Counted from the first letter of the stretch, positions 18,820 to 29,440 are shown. The stretch is DNA of 43,167 nucleotides from an uncultured Clostridia bacterium (GCA_947629995.1 CANRFX010000001.1:1-43167), one strand, 5' to 3'. Translations and numbers: made by a program. Notes: generated from the letters alone by a model not told the origin.

Positions 18820-20077
18820 TTATAATGTAATTTTATTCTTATTCCAATATTTCTCATATAATTCTTTTGCTGTTCTTGGACTATCCACACCTTCTTTGTT
18901 TTTGACAGGTGCGAAATCATCTTGTCTTTTTCCTCTTAAAATTGCAATGTCATCAAAAAATTCAAAAGCATCAAAAACAAAGGATTCAAATTTATAAGCA
19001 TTTGGCTCTTTTGGTACAACTTCTTTATCATTTTCGTCTATGTAACTATTCTTTTTGAAGACACTATGATACATTAAATGCTCTTTACTTATTTTTTCGA
19101 TTGCTTCAATAGTGTATAAATTGCACATAATGTGTGATTCTCCATATTTTAGTTCTCCGTTTTCATCTACTTCTTCTGCCATTTTTTCTGGTAATTCTGC
19201 ATATTCGATTACTTTTGGATGACCATTCATCTTGCAAAAAACTCCTACTTTTTCATGTGGATTTGCTTTTACTACTGATTTTGAAGCAATTTGAACTCCT
19301 TTTTTTATTGCCATACCAAGTAAAGTTACATCTGCCATTTTTAAAAGTACATTATCAACTCCACCAATAAACACCCATTTAATTCCTTTTTCCTTCATAT
19401 CTGCTAAGCAACCACTTATTCTTAAAGAAGAATATGTTCCACCATTTCCATCTGATGCTTCTTTTATTTTATGATCTTTGGTTATTAAAATTTTTCCTTC
19501 TTTATCAATTAATGGTAATTCACTTTGTGAAAATAAGGTTACAAAGTTTTTGCCATATCCGAAAAAATTATGCTTTTCTAAAAATTGCAATGTTTCTTGG
19601 TGATTTTCTTTGCTTGTCATTATATACCACGGAATTGTAATTCCATATTTTTTATTTGCTTCTTTTAAATTTTCCGCTAGTATTTCAAATAAATATTTTC
19701 CTTTTCCAAAAACATCTAATTTAAAAGTTCCTTTTGGTCCATTATGTCCGAAGCCTTGTTCCTTGCCCTCCTGCCATTGTAACAACAGCATATTGTGCAT
19801 TTTTTATTACTAATTCGCCTAAGTTGTCAAATTCTTCTTTTTGCTCTTTTGATAATTTTTCTTTATCTAAATATGCAATATTTTCTATTTTATTTTCTTT
19901 TATTTCTATTTTCTTTTTAGTATTAGCATATAATTCCATAATTTGATGAAAATCTATTTTATTAATTTGTTCTATTAATGCTTCTTTTTCTTTTCCGTTT
20001 AATTTATGTAATAATTCTATTATGTGGTTTTGTTTATAAAATTCTAATTGCTCTATAATATCTTGCATTTTATCCAT
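18820..20077 (-). CDS. UDP-sugar pyrophosphorylase (UDPGP/UAP family); requires a +1 shift at in-frame CGG 19748-19750
   Basis: The nucleotide-binding loop MAGGQGTRL-G-HNGPKGTF is reconstituted across the break. The C-terminal part has typical UDPGP motifs (ASDGNGG, GGVDN). Confidence 0.8.
19748..19750 (-). other. In-frame CGG recoding site 3 (CTT CGG ACA read as L-G-H)
   Basis: In the zero frame a TAA follows one codon later. The +1 frame gives GHNGPKGTFKL. Confidence 0.6.
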
Positions 20078-20196
20078 TTTATTTCAGTCCTTTCAGCCTC
20101 AATTATTCTGGTATTATTAATATATTATATGCATTTTTTTTAATAGTGATATTCTATCATATTGATTCGTATTTATCAAGTTTTTTAAGCGAACTT

Positions 20197-20225
20197 GTCA
20201 TATTCCAAAAAAAATACCATATATA
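20197..20225 (+). promoter_or_regulatory. Possible sigma-E-type promoter for spoIVA (GTCATATT-N13-CATATATA)
   Basis: It resembles the B. subtilis sigma-E consensus (ATATT ... CATACAnT) about 60 nt upstream of the spoIVA start. spoIVA is sigma-E dependent in Bacillus. Confidence 0.3.
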
Positions 20226-20281
20226 TTAACTAAAGTAATTTGTACAAACATTTTGATTTAAAAATTGAAGGAGGTATATAG

Positions 20282-21761
20282 ATGGAAAATACAAGATTGT
20301 ATGAAGACATCTCAAAAAGAACAGATGGTGACATCTATGTAGGTGTGGTAGGACCTGTAAGAACTGGTAAGTCTACTTTTATTAAGAATTTTATGGATTT
20401 ATTGGTCATTCCAAATATTGATAATGAATATAAAAAAGAAAGAGCTAAAGATGAGCTTCCACAAAGTGCTGGTGGAAAGACAATTATGACTACTGAGCCA
20501 AAATTTATTCCAAATGAAGCAATTGAAATTACTTTAGATAATAATTTAAAATTTAAGACAAGATTAGTTGATTGTGTTGGTTATTTAGTTGATAATGCAA
20601 TTCGGCTACTTAGAAGATGATATGCCAAGAATGGTAAAAACACCTTGGTCAGAAGAAGAAATTCCTTTTGAAACAGCTGCAGAAATTGGAACTAAAAAAG
20701 TAATCAATGAACACTCTACTATAGGAGTTTTAGTTACAACAGATGGCTCTTTTACAGGTATTCCAAGAGAAGATTATATTAAAGCAGAAGAAAGAGTTGT
20801 TAATGAATTAAAAGCTTTAAACAAACCTTTTATTATCCTTTTAAATTCAGAAGATCCTAATTCTGATTACACAATTGAACTTGCAAATAATTTAAGTACA
20901 AAATATAATACCACTGTTATGCCAATTAACTGCGAATATTTAAGCATTGATGATATTAATAATATGTTTTCTAAAGTTTTATATGAATTTCCTATTAATC
21001 AAATTTGTATTAAGTTTCCTAGATGGATTGATGTTTTAGAGTATAATCATCCTTTAAAAGCTGAACTATTTGAAGAAATTAAAAATGCATTTATTGATGC
21101 CAATGTTTTAAAAGATGTTTCAAATTGTTCTAAAAAAATTGCACAAACTGAAATTATCTCTAAAACTTTTATTTCTGATATTCAACTAGGTTCAGGAAAT
21201 GTTAATGTTGAAATTAATTTAAAAGATGAGTTATTCTATCAAGTACTTTCTGAAATTACTGGTGTTAATGTTAATAATGAGGGAGATTTGTTTAGCATTA
21301 TTTCTAATTTATCAAAAACTAAGAAAAAATTTGACAGAATTGCTTATGCCTTAGAAGAAGTTGATGCTAAAGGTTATGGTATTGTAACACCTAGTATTGA
21401 TGATTTAATATTAGAAGAACCTGAAATGATTAAACAAGGTTCTAGATTTGGAGTAAAATTAAAGGCCACTGCACCTTCTATTCATTTAATAAAAACAAAT
21501 GTAGAAACTGAAGTATCTCCAATCGTTGGATCTGAAAAACAATCAGAAGAATTAGTAAATTATTTACTTTCTGAATTTGACAGCAATCCAAAAGAAATTT
21601 GGAATTCCAATATTTTTGGTAAAAGCTTACATGAATTAGTAAATGAGGGCCTACAAACTAAACTTTCTAAAATGCCAGAAGATGCTCAAATTAAATTGCA
21701 AGAAACATTGGAACGTATCGTAAATGAAGGTAGTGGCGGTTTGATTTGTATTATTTTATAG
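20282..21761 (+). CDS. spoIVA: Stage IV sporulation protein A; requires a +1 shift at in-frame CGG 20603-20605
   Basis: Walker A GPVRTGKST. VDCVGYLVDNAI-G-YLEDDMPRMVKTPW is restored across the break. The total length of about 492 aa matches SpoIVA. Confidence 0.9.
20603..20605 (+). other. In-frame CGG recoding site 4 (ATT CGG CTA read as I-G-Y)
   Basis: The zero frame stops 5 codons later. The +1 frame is ORF 20589. Confidence 0.6.
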
Positions 21762-21778
21762 AGTTCTTAAATATTGAT

Positions 21779-21851
21779 AAAAAAAATTGTCAAAATGCTC
21801 CGTCCCCAATGACAATTGTCGTTGGGGACGGAGCATTTTGACAATTTTTTT
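21779..21851. repeat. Palindromic pair of the GGGGACGG repeat unit acting as a bidirectional terminator
   Basis: aaaaaattgtcaaaatgctccgtcccca / tggggacggagcattttgacaatttttt forms a stem of about 28 bp, flanked by A and T runs, between the convergent spoIVA and transglutaminase-like genes. Confidence 0.75.
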
Positions 21852-21853
21852 AT

Positions 21854-22997
21854 CTAATAATCTTGATTTGATAAATTCGGATAAGTAAATATTTTTCCAC
21901 CTTCTGTAAATTGTCCATTAGGTACGTGATCTTTTGACATAAAATTAGATCCTCTTAAAAAAAATCTTATTTTAGAAGTTTCGCTTACCCAACCTGTAGT
22001 AGATACTGGGTCATCCCATGTACAATCTATGGCATACCAATTATTGTTTAATTGTACATAGTTCCATGCATGATTCTCTGTACGATTTTCTGAATTAGTT
22101 GCTTTTCCAATTACTAGTATACATGGTATTTTTAGTTCATCCATTAAATATTTAAAACTTCTAGCATATCCTTCACAAACACATTCTTTATTTACCATTG
22201 CACCATATATATTGTAAATGTTTTTCTTTGATATGCTTGTATCGTATTGTAAATTATCTACTAAATAATCATGTACTATTTTTATGTTTTGATATGTATT
22301 ATTATTTGTTGTGTTTTGCAGGATTTCATCTCGTACTTGTTCAATTCCGCCTAATTGCTTGATCAATTTCTGCTTTTGATGAAAATTCATCAATAAAATA
22401 ATTGTTTTGTGTTCCTGAGTTGATAAATACATTATATGTAACGTTGTTTCTTTTTGTTATTGTTTCAATGTTTAAGTACATCTTATTAGGACTTAAATAA
22501 AACACATCTGGATTATCATAAGTATATGCTTCTATTGCAGATTGATAATATTTTCCTAGTTGGTCTTGCCCGTCTTTATTAGCAAGTAAATCTGAAAAGG
22601 AATTTCCAAGTTCTATTTTATAGTTTCCTGTTTTCATGTTTTCTTTATTTGTTTCAAATGCCTTATATATAATTTTAGAGTAATTTTCTAATTGATTGTA
22701 AAAATATTTGTCTATTGTTATATTAGAATAATCTACTTCTTCTGGCTCATTTGGTTCTTGCATATATGTGTTACTATCTTTTATTCCTTCAAAAGGATCT
22801 CCTATTATTTCTGGAACTTTTATATCTTCATCTATTGTATTTTGGTTTTCTTCAATAACAGTATTAAAATTTTGTGGTGTTGAAGAAGTTTCTAATTTGA
22901 CATATTCATTCCAAAAAATTATTCCAAATAAAGTAAATACAATAATAATTAAAACAAATACTATTGTTATTATAAAAGTAGCTAATCTGCTTTTCAT
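21854..22997 (-). CDS. Membrane-anchored transglutaminase-like (Cys-protease fold) protein; requires a +1 shift at in-frame CGG 22347-22349
   Basis: N-terminal TM segment. The C-terminal core has the CEGYARSF ... HAWN ... D motifs of the transglutaminase-like superfamily. Confidence 0.7.
22347..22349 (-). other. In-frame CGG recoding site 5 (AGG CGG AAT read as R-G-I)
   Basis: In the zero frame a TGA follows one codon later. The +1 frame joins ORF 21854..22432 (GIEQVRDEIL...). Confidence 0.55.
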
Positions 22998-23056
22998 GAC
23001 ATTTCTCCTTTGTATTTCTTCTTTTTTATTATAACATATTTTTGTTTCCAAAACTA

Positions 23057-23085
23057 GTATATTTTGCGTTTTTTTACAAATACTA
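23057..23085 (+). promoter_or_regulatory. Possible forespore (sigma-G/F-type) promoter for the ger operon (GTATA-N17-AATACTA)
   Basis: It resembles the G(H)ATA-N17/18-CATnnTA consensus. gerA-type operons are sigma-G dependent in Bacillus. Confidence 0.25.
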
Positions 23086-23100
23086 AAAAAAAAATATAAA

Positions 23101-24803
23101 ATGGAGAAGCTTATGAATTTAAAAAATTTATTTCAATCAGTTTTTGGTTATACGCCACCTGTAGAATATAATTTCGAATTACCTAATGAAGATGAAATTC
23201 AACATGATTTAGAGGATACAAAACCAAAAGAACCTGTAAAAATTTATCCAAGTCTGAATGTAAATATTGAGTATCTAAGAACTAAATATAATCTTTTAAT
23301 CAATAGTGACATTATTTTAAGAGAATTTACTTTAAATGCTAGAGGAAAACAGTATAATAGTGTTTTGCTTTATATTGATGGAATGGTTGACTCTAATTTA
23401 TTAGATGACTTTGTTCTAAAACCATTAATGCTTCGCAATAAAAACAACACTTTTGATGGTACTCAAAATAAAGTTATATCTGAAGCTGTAGCAAATAACA
23501 TTACAGTCCGAAAAATCAAAAAATTTGATTTAGCAAATTATTTACTTCGGTTGTTTAATGCCTCAAAATACTGTAGAACAAGTAAGTAATTTTGACGAAC
23601 TTGCAAAAGGTGTAAATGCTGGAAATTGTGCTTTAATTATTGATACTTTAAATGTTGCATTTGATATTGAAGTAAAAGGATTTAAGCAAAGAAGTGTTGA
23701 CACCCCAGAAAATGAAATTGTAATAAAAGGACCTCATGAAGCTTTTGTTGAAAATATCAGGACGAATACTTCTCTTCTTAGAAGAATTGTAAATAATGAA
23801 GATTTAATAATTGAAAATTTGGAAGTTGGTAAAATTACAAAAACAAAATGTGCTGTTTGCTATATGAAAGATATTACAAATTCTGATTTAGTAAATGAAG
23901 TAAAATACAGATTAAATAATTTAGAAATTGATTCTTTATTATCTGCTGGTGAATTAGAACAATTAATTTCAGATTCTAATAGTTTAGGAATACCTCGGTC
24001 TTCTTTCTACAGAAAGACCAGATAAAGCTGCAAAATATTTGCTAAAAGGACGTGTTGTAGTAATTGTAAATGGAACTCCATATGGAATTATTATGCCAGC
24101 GGTTTTAATTGATTTTTTAACTTCACCAGAAGATACGAATTTAAGAGTAAATTTTGCGAATTTTTTGCGTGGTCTTAGAGTTTTAGCTGCTTTTATTACT
24201 TTGCTTTTACCTGGCTTTTATGTTGCAATTACTAGTTTTCATCAAGAAATTTTGCCAACAGGACTTCTCTTCTCTATTTTAGCATCAAGAGAAAATGTAC
24301 CTTTTCCTATTATATTAGAAATCTTACTTATGGAATTTTCTTTTGAATTAATTAGAGAAGCAAGTCTTCGTGTACCTTCTGCGATTGGTTCTACCATTGG
24401 AATTGTAGGTGCTTTGGTTTTAGGACAAGCTGCTGTAAGTGCTGGCATTGTTAGTCCAATTTTAATTATTATAGTTGCTATGACTGGTATCTCTTCTTTT
24501 GCAATTCCTGACTATTCTTTTGGATTTCACTTAAGATATTTTAGGTTTGCATTTGTTATTCTTGGATTTATGGCAGGATTTTTAGGTATTGCCTTAGGTT
24601 TATTTGTATATATTAGTCTAGTTTGTAGCTTAAGATCTTTTGGTGTTTCTTATACTGTACCTTTTGCACCAGCAACAAATTCAAAAGGAAATGGATATTT
24701 ACTTTCTCCTATTTGGAAAAGAGAATATAGACCTTCGTTTATAGCTGCTAAAAAAGAAACTGAACAACCCCATTTTTCAATGAAATGGAAATATCATAAA
24801 TAA
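23101..24803 (+). CDS. Spore germination protein, GerA family A subunit; requires two +1 shifts at in-frame CGG (23548, 23996)
   Basis: Three consecutive ORFs together give a GerAA-like protein. ...STERPDKAAKYLLKGRVVVIVNGTPYGIIMP and the C-terminal TM region are typical. The start may instead be the ATG at 23113 (GGAG 6 nt upstream). Confidence 0.85.
23548..23550 (+). other. In-frame CGG recoding site 6 (CTT CGG TTG read as L-G-C)
   Basis: The +1 frame joins ORF 23558. Confidence 0.55.
23996..23998 (+). other. In-frame CGG recoding site 7 (CCT CGG TCT read as P-G-L)
   Basis: The +1 frame gives GLLSTERPDKAAKYLLKGRV and joins ORF 24039. Confidence 0.6.
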
Positions 24804-24819
24804 AAAAGGAGTTTTTAAA

Positions 24820-25914
24820 ATGACAAAATCAAAAATTGGTACTTTAGAAGCTATTATGCTAATACTTTCTATTGTTGTAACTCACACAATTTTATCTTTG
24901 CCTAGAGAAGTTACTGTTAATACAAAATCTGCTGCAATTATTAATTTAATTTTTGTAAGTATTTTAGCTATTATAATCTCTTATATTATTGTTAAACTTT
25001 TAAAAAACTTTCCTGGTTCTGATATTATTGATATTTCTGAAGTTTTGGGTGGGAAAGCTTTAAAAAACATTATTGGAGGCATTTTTATTGTATATTTTCT
25101 TGTTACTACAAGTATTTTACTTAGAAATTTTTCTGAAAGTTTAAGAATTATTCACTACCCTATGACAAATATTATTTTTATTTTGTTTTTGTTTATTATT
25201 GCTTTGTGCTCAGCTAATAGACTTGCTTTTAACGCTTCTTTAAAAACAAATTTATTAATTATTCCTTTTGTGCTAGTAAGTATGGTATTTTTATTTTTTG
25301 CTAATATGAATAAATTTATCCCAGAAAGAATTTTTCCTATATTTGGAGATGGTCTAATTAGTACCTTTGTCTTAGGAATTGGAAATTTATCTTCTTTTGC
25401 AGGAATTGCGTTTTTGTACTTTCTTCCTCCATATTTAAAAAAACCAGAAAAATTAAAAAAAATAGCTGTTATTTCTACTGGAATATCTGCTATCTATTTG
25501 ATTTTATGTGTTTCTACACTTTTGTTTATGTTTTCATTTTTTATTACAACAAATGAAATTACTCCTCTTTATAATGCAACAAGATATATTGAGTTTGGAA
25601 GTTTCTTTCAAAGATTAGAATCTGCGTTTTTACTTATATGGACGTTAGCTTTTGCTTGTTACTTAAGTATTGTGACTAAATTTTGTATGAGTATTTTTCA
25701 AAAACTAACAAATATAGAAACTAAAAAACCGCTTATTGATATTTTTGGACTTCTTATTTTAGCAATTGCTCTAGTTCCTAAAGATTATTCTATTTCTAGT
25801 AATTTTGAAACTGAAATTTATCCTTATTTAGTACTTGGAATTGTATTTTTCCTATCACTTAGTATTTTAATATTAGCTAACTTACAAAAAAGAAAACAAA
25901 AGAAGTCTGCATAA
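24820..25914 (+). CDS. Spore germination protein, GerAB-type (APC-superfamily permease)
   Basis: 364 aa with about 10 hydrophobic segments. It is the second gene of a gerA-type tricistron. Confidence 0.8.
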   Translation: MTKSKIGTLEAIMLILSIVVTHTILSLPREVTVNTKSAAIINLIFVSILAIIISYIIVKLLKNFPGSDIIDISEVLGGKALKNIIGGIFIVYFLVTTSILLRNFSESLRIIHYPMTNIIFILFLFIIALCSANRLAFNASLKTNLLIIPFVLVSMVFLFFANMNKFIPERIFPIFGDGLISTFVLGIGNLSSFAGIAFLYFLPPYLKKPEKLKKIAVISTGISAIYLILCVSTLLFMFSFFITTNEITPLYNATRYIEFGSFFQRLESAFLLIWTLAFACYLSIVTKFCMSIFQKLTNIETKKPLIDIFGLLILAIALVPKDYSISSNFETEIYPYLVLGIVFFLSLSILILANLQKRKQKKSA

Positions 25915-25939
25915 TTTTTAAAACAAGGAGGTGCTATTT

Positions 25940-27163
25940 TTGACTCACTTAACTCGAAATTTAATTATTTTAATTTTTATTATTGTTTTTATTATGGCTT
26001 TTTCTGGCTCTTATTTATCTCTTAGTATTGATAATCTAGCCTATGTTCTTGCTATCGGTATTGATAAAGCAGATAATGATAATTTACAAGTAACTTTCCA
26101 ATTTTCTACTACAACACAAGCAACTGAATCTGGCTCATCAGAAAAAGCTCCTTCTGTTGTGAATTCAGTTAAATCTTCTTCAATAAGTTCTGCAATTAAT
26201 TTGTTAAATGGTTATATGGGAAAACAATTAAATCTTTCACATTGTAAAGTTATTATTTTTTCTGAAGAACTTGCATTAGACGGAATTTCAGAAGAAGTTT
26301 ATACTTTAATAAATGATACCCAAATAAGACCTTCTGCAAATATTGTTATTAGTAAATGCCCTGCGAAAGATTATATTGAACAAACTTCTCCTGAACTTGA
26401 AAATTTGATTTCTAAATATTATGAAATTTTCACAAATTCTAGTAAATACTCAGGGTTTACTGCTGATTCTACTATAGGAAAATTTTTTAATAATTTAATT
26501 TGTAAAATGTATCAGCCAACTGCTATTTTAGGTGGACTTACTACAAAGGATTTAGATTCTGAATCTAATTTAGATTATCATGAAAATAATAGTATTAAAT
26601 CAAATAATGCTCCTATTCAGGGTGAAAATGGAGCAGAAAATATTGGTATGGCTGCTTTTTATAGAGATAAGATAGTAGGAGAATTAACAGCTTTAGAAAG
26701 TATTGCTTATTTAACTTTAGAAGATGATATTAATCGATTTTTAATTTCTATTCCAGATCCTAAAAATACTGGTCGTTACTTAGATATCTATATATCGCCT
26801 ACTAAATCTCCTAAAGTAAAAATAGATACCTCAACATCTTCGCCTTTTATTCAAATGGAACTTAAGTTTTCTGGACAAATCTACTCTATGTCAGATAATA
26901 GTGAATATTTAAATACAGATATTTTAAATGAAATATCTGAAAATTGTAATCAGTATTTGGAAACTCTATTTTCAAATTATTTATATAAAACTTCTAAGGA
27001 ATTTAAATCTGATATTAATGGACTTGGAAAATATGCTTTAAAAAATTTTTTCCGAACAGAAGAATTTGACAATTATGATTGGCACACAAATTATAGAAAT
27101 GCCTTTTTTGATGTCAAAGTAGATACTACTGTAAAATCTGGTATGTTAATTACTGACACTTAA
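25940..27163 (+). CDS. Spore germination protein, Ger(x)C family
   Basis: Third gene of the tricistron, with an N-terminal hydrophobic anchor followed by AYVLAIGIDKA, typical of GerAC. The start is probably the TTG at 25940, 6 nt after AAGGAGGTG; the ORF track starts at 25931. Confidence 0.75.
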   Translation: MTHLTRNLIILIFIIVFIMAFSGSYLSLSIDNLAYVLAIGIDKADNDNLQVTFQFSTTTQATESGSSEKAPSVVNSVKSSSISSAINLLNGYMGKQLNLSHCKVIIFSEELALDGISEEVYTLINDTQIRPSANIVISKCPAKDYIEQTSPELENLISKYYEIFTNSSKYSGFTADSTIGKFFNNLICKMYQPTAILGGLTTKDLDSESNLDYHENNSIKSNNAPIQGENGAENIGMAAFYRDKIVGELTALESIAYLTLEDDINRFLISIPDPKNTGRYLDIYISPTKSPKVKIDTSTSSPFIQMELKFSGQIYSMSDNSEYLNTDILNEISENCNQYLETLFSNYLYKTSKEFKSDINGLGKYALKNFFRTEEFDNYDWHTNYRNAFFDVKVDTTVKSGMLITDT

Positions 27164-27185
27164 AATTTATAAAGGAGGAGTTATT

Positions 27186-27365
27186 TTGCCAAATTTTGTT
27201 TATCATATTTTATTTTTAATTATTAGTATTTATATTTTATTAAAAACAATTGGATATGCTTTATACGAGATTAATACAATAAAAAATAAACCGGGTGGTA
27301 TAGTTATTATTACTTTTTCTATTTTTGTTGTTATTTTTGCTAATGTAATGGTTTGGTTAAATTAA
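27186..27365 (+). CDS. Unannotated 59-aa two-TM membrane peptide immediately after gerC
   Basis: A TTG start lies 5 nt after AAAGGAGGAG. The product is MPNFVYHILFLIISIYILLKTIGYALYEINTIKNKPGGIVIITFSIFVVIFANVMVWLN, followed by a terminator. It falls below the ORF-track length cut-off. Confidence 0.45.
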   Translation: MPNFVYHILFLIISIYILLKTIGYALYEINTIKNKPGGIVIITFSIFVVIFANVMVWLN

Positions 27366-27378
27366 TTTTATATTAAAT

Positions 27379-27418
27379 AAAAATCCCCTAATATCCTAGT
27401 CGATTTTGGGGATTTTTA
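27379..27418. terminator. Bidirectional terminator (aaaatcccc ... ggggatttt)
   Basis: GC-rich stem with flanking A and T runs, between the ger operon and rnr. Confidence 0.65.
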
Positions 27419-27420
27419 TT

Positions 27421-29403
27421 CTAATTTTTTTTATGTTCTTCTATTAGTTCAAAATCAATTTGCCTTAATATTTTACTTGCATTTTTAACTTTTATTTTTA
27501 CTTTATCACCTATTTTATAGGTTGTATTTGTTCTTTCTCCAATTAATCTTTTTCTATTCTCATCATAAATAAAATATTCGTCTCCTAAGTCTTCAAACCT
27601 AATTAAGCCTTCTACCGTATTCTTTAGTTCTACAAAAATTCCAAATGAAGTTACAGAAGATATTATTCCTTCATATTCTTCTCCAATTCTACTTTCCATG
27701 TATTCTGCTTTTTTGATATCTTCTGCTTCTCTTTCTACTTTTGTTGCTATTTTTTCTCGTTCAGATGATTGCTTTGCTCTTTCATCTGCTTGAGTTTTAT
27801 GTTCTTCCATCCATTCTTTATCTACATTATAATTTTCTTTTAAGTATTTTGATATAATTCGATGTATAAATAAATCTGGATATCTTCTAATTGGTGAAGT
27901 AAAATGACAATAATATTTACTTGCAATTCCAAAATGACCTTTGTTTTCTGCTTCGTATCTTGCAACTTTTAGGGTTCTTAATACTAAATTAGATACTACT
28001 TTTTCTTCTTCTTTTCCTTTTACTTCTTCTAAAACTTTTGCAAATTCTTTTGGATAAATATTATCTTGATTTGTTTTTATTTTTAATCCGAAATTAAATA
28101 AAAATTTATTTAATTCTTGAACCTTTTCTTGGTCTGGATTCTCATGAACACGATAAATAAATGGTGCTTCTAGCCAGAAAAATCTTTCTGCTATTGTTTC
28201 GTTTGCAATTAGCATAAATTGTTCAATGATTTCATGGCTAAATGTTGTTTCATATTTTGAGATATTTACTACTTTTCCATCTATGTCTAAATCTATTTTA
28301 CTTTCTGGAATATCTAAATTTAAATATCCTTGTTCCATTCTTTTATTTTTTAGAATAAGAGCTAGTTCTTCCATTAGTTTAAATTGTTTAATAAAATCTT
28401 TATATTTTTTTGTTATTTGTTCATTTGAATTATCTATAATTGCTTGAACGTCATTATAACTCATTCTTCTTGTTACTTTAATTACACCTTTTACAATTTC
28501 AGAAGATTTTACTATACCTTTTTGATCAATTTCCATTATACAAGATAAAGTAAAACGGTCTTCTCCTTCATTTAAACTACAAATCCCATTAGATAATTCT
28601 CTTGGAAGCATAGGTATAACTCTTCCTAACATATAAATACTTGTTCCTCTAATTAATGCTTCTTGGTCTAATAAGCTATTTTCTTTTACATAGTAACTTA
28701 CATCTGCTATGTGGACTTCTAACTTGTAATTCCCATTTGCTAATTTTTCTACTCTTACTGCATCATCTAAGTCTTTTGCATCTTCCCCATCTATTGTAAA
28801 AATCTCTTTATCTCTAAAATCTACTCTTGATTTAATTTCTTTTTCATCTAATTTGCTATTTTGCTTTTTTGCTTCTTCTACAACTTGCTTTGGAAACACA
28901 GATGGTAGATTATGCTCTTTGATTAATGATAACATATCTACTCCTGCTTCATTTACGTTTCCTAATACTTCTATTATTTTTCCTTCTGCTTTTTTTCCGT
29001 TTTCAGGATATTTTATGATTTTTACTAATACTTTGTGGTTATCTCTGGCTTTTCCCTTATTTTTTTTGGATATAAAAATATCTGTTCCAAAGTTTTTATC
29101 ATCTGGAACAACAAATCCAAAATTTTTGTTATTTTGGAAAATTCCAACTATTGTGTCTTTCTCATGTTTTAAAATTTTGACAACTTTTGCTTCTGCACTT
29201 TTAACTTTGTTTGCTTCTTCTAAAATTTCAATTAAAACTCTATCACCATTTAGGGCATTTAATGAGTTTTCTTTTGATATATATATTTCATCTTCTTTTC
29301 CTTCTAACTTAACAAACCCAAATCCTTTTTGGTTTTTTCTATAAATACCATCATAATTTTTGTCTTTCATAGGCTCTAAAATTTTCGGTCCCTGTTCTTC
29401 CAT
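27421..29403 (-). CDS. rnr: Ribonuclease R
   Basis: Cold-shock-like N-terminal domains, an RNB catalytic domain (DGEDAKDLDDAV, HFTSPIRRYPDL) and a C-terminal S1 domain. Confidence 0.9.
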   Translation of the reverse strand: MEEQGPKILEPMKDKNYDGIYRKNQKGFGFVKLEGKEDEIYISKENSLNALNGDRVLIEILEEANKVKSAEAKVVKILKHEKDTIVGIFQNNKNFGFVVPDDKNFGTDIFISKKNKGKARDNHKVLVKIIKYPENGKKAEGKIIEVLGNVNEAGVDMLSLIKEHNLPSVFPKQVVEEAKKQNSKLDEKEIKSRVDFRDKEIFTIDGEDAKDLDDAVRVEKLANGNYKLEVHIADVSYYVKENSLLDQEALIRGTSIYMLGRVIPMLPRELSNGICSLNEGEDRFTLSCIMEIDQKGIVKSSEIVKGVIKVTRRMSYNDVQAIIDNSNEQITKKYKDFIKQFKLMEELALILKNKRMEQGYLNLDIPESKIDLDIDGKVVNISKYETTFSHEIIEQFMLIANETIAERFFWLEAPFIYRVHENPDQEKVQELNKFLFNFGLKIKTNQDNIYPKEFAKVLEEVKGKEEEKVVSNLVLRTLKVARYEAENKGHFGIASKYYCHFTSPIRRYPDLFIHRIISKYLKENYNVDKEWMEEHKTQADERAKQSSEREKIATKVEREAEDIKKAEYMESRIGEEYEGIISSVTSFGIFVELKNTVEGLIRFEDLGDEYFIYDENRKRLIGERTNTTYKIGDKVKIKVKNASKILRQIDFELIEEHKKN

Positions 29404-29440
29404 TTATTTATCAATCGTCCTTTCTTTTATGGTTGATACA

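Noticed and set aside
18127-20077. The hexapeptide transferase and UDPGP pyrophosphorylase as a split, frameshifted glmU
   Set aside because: The pyrophosphorylase belongs to the eukaryotic-type UDPGP/UAP family rather than the GlmU N-terminal domain. The two genes are separated by an intergenic gap, and each has its own start.
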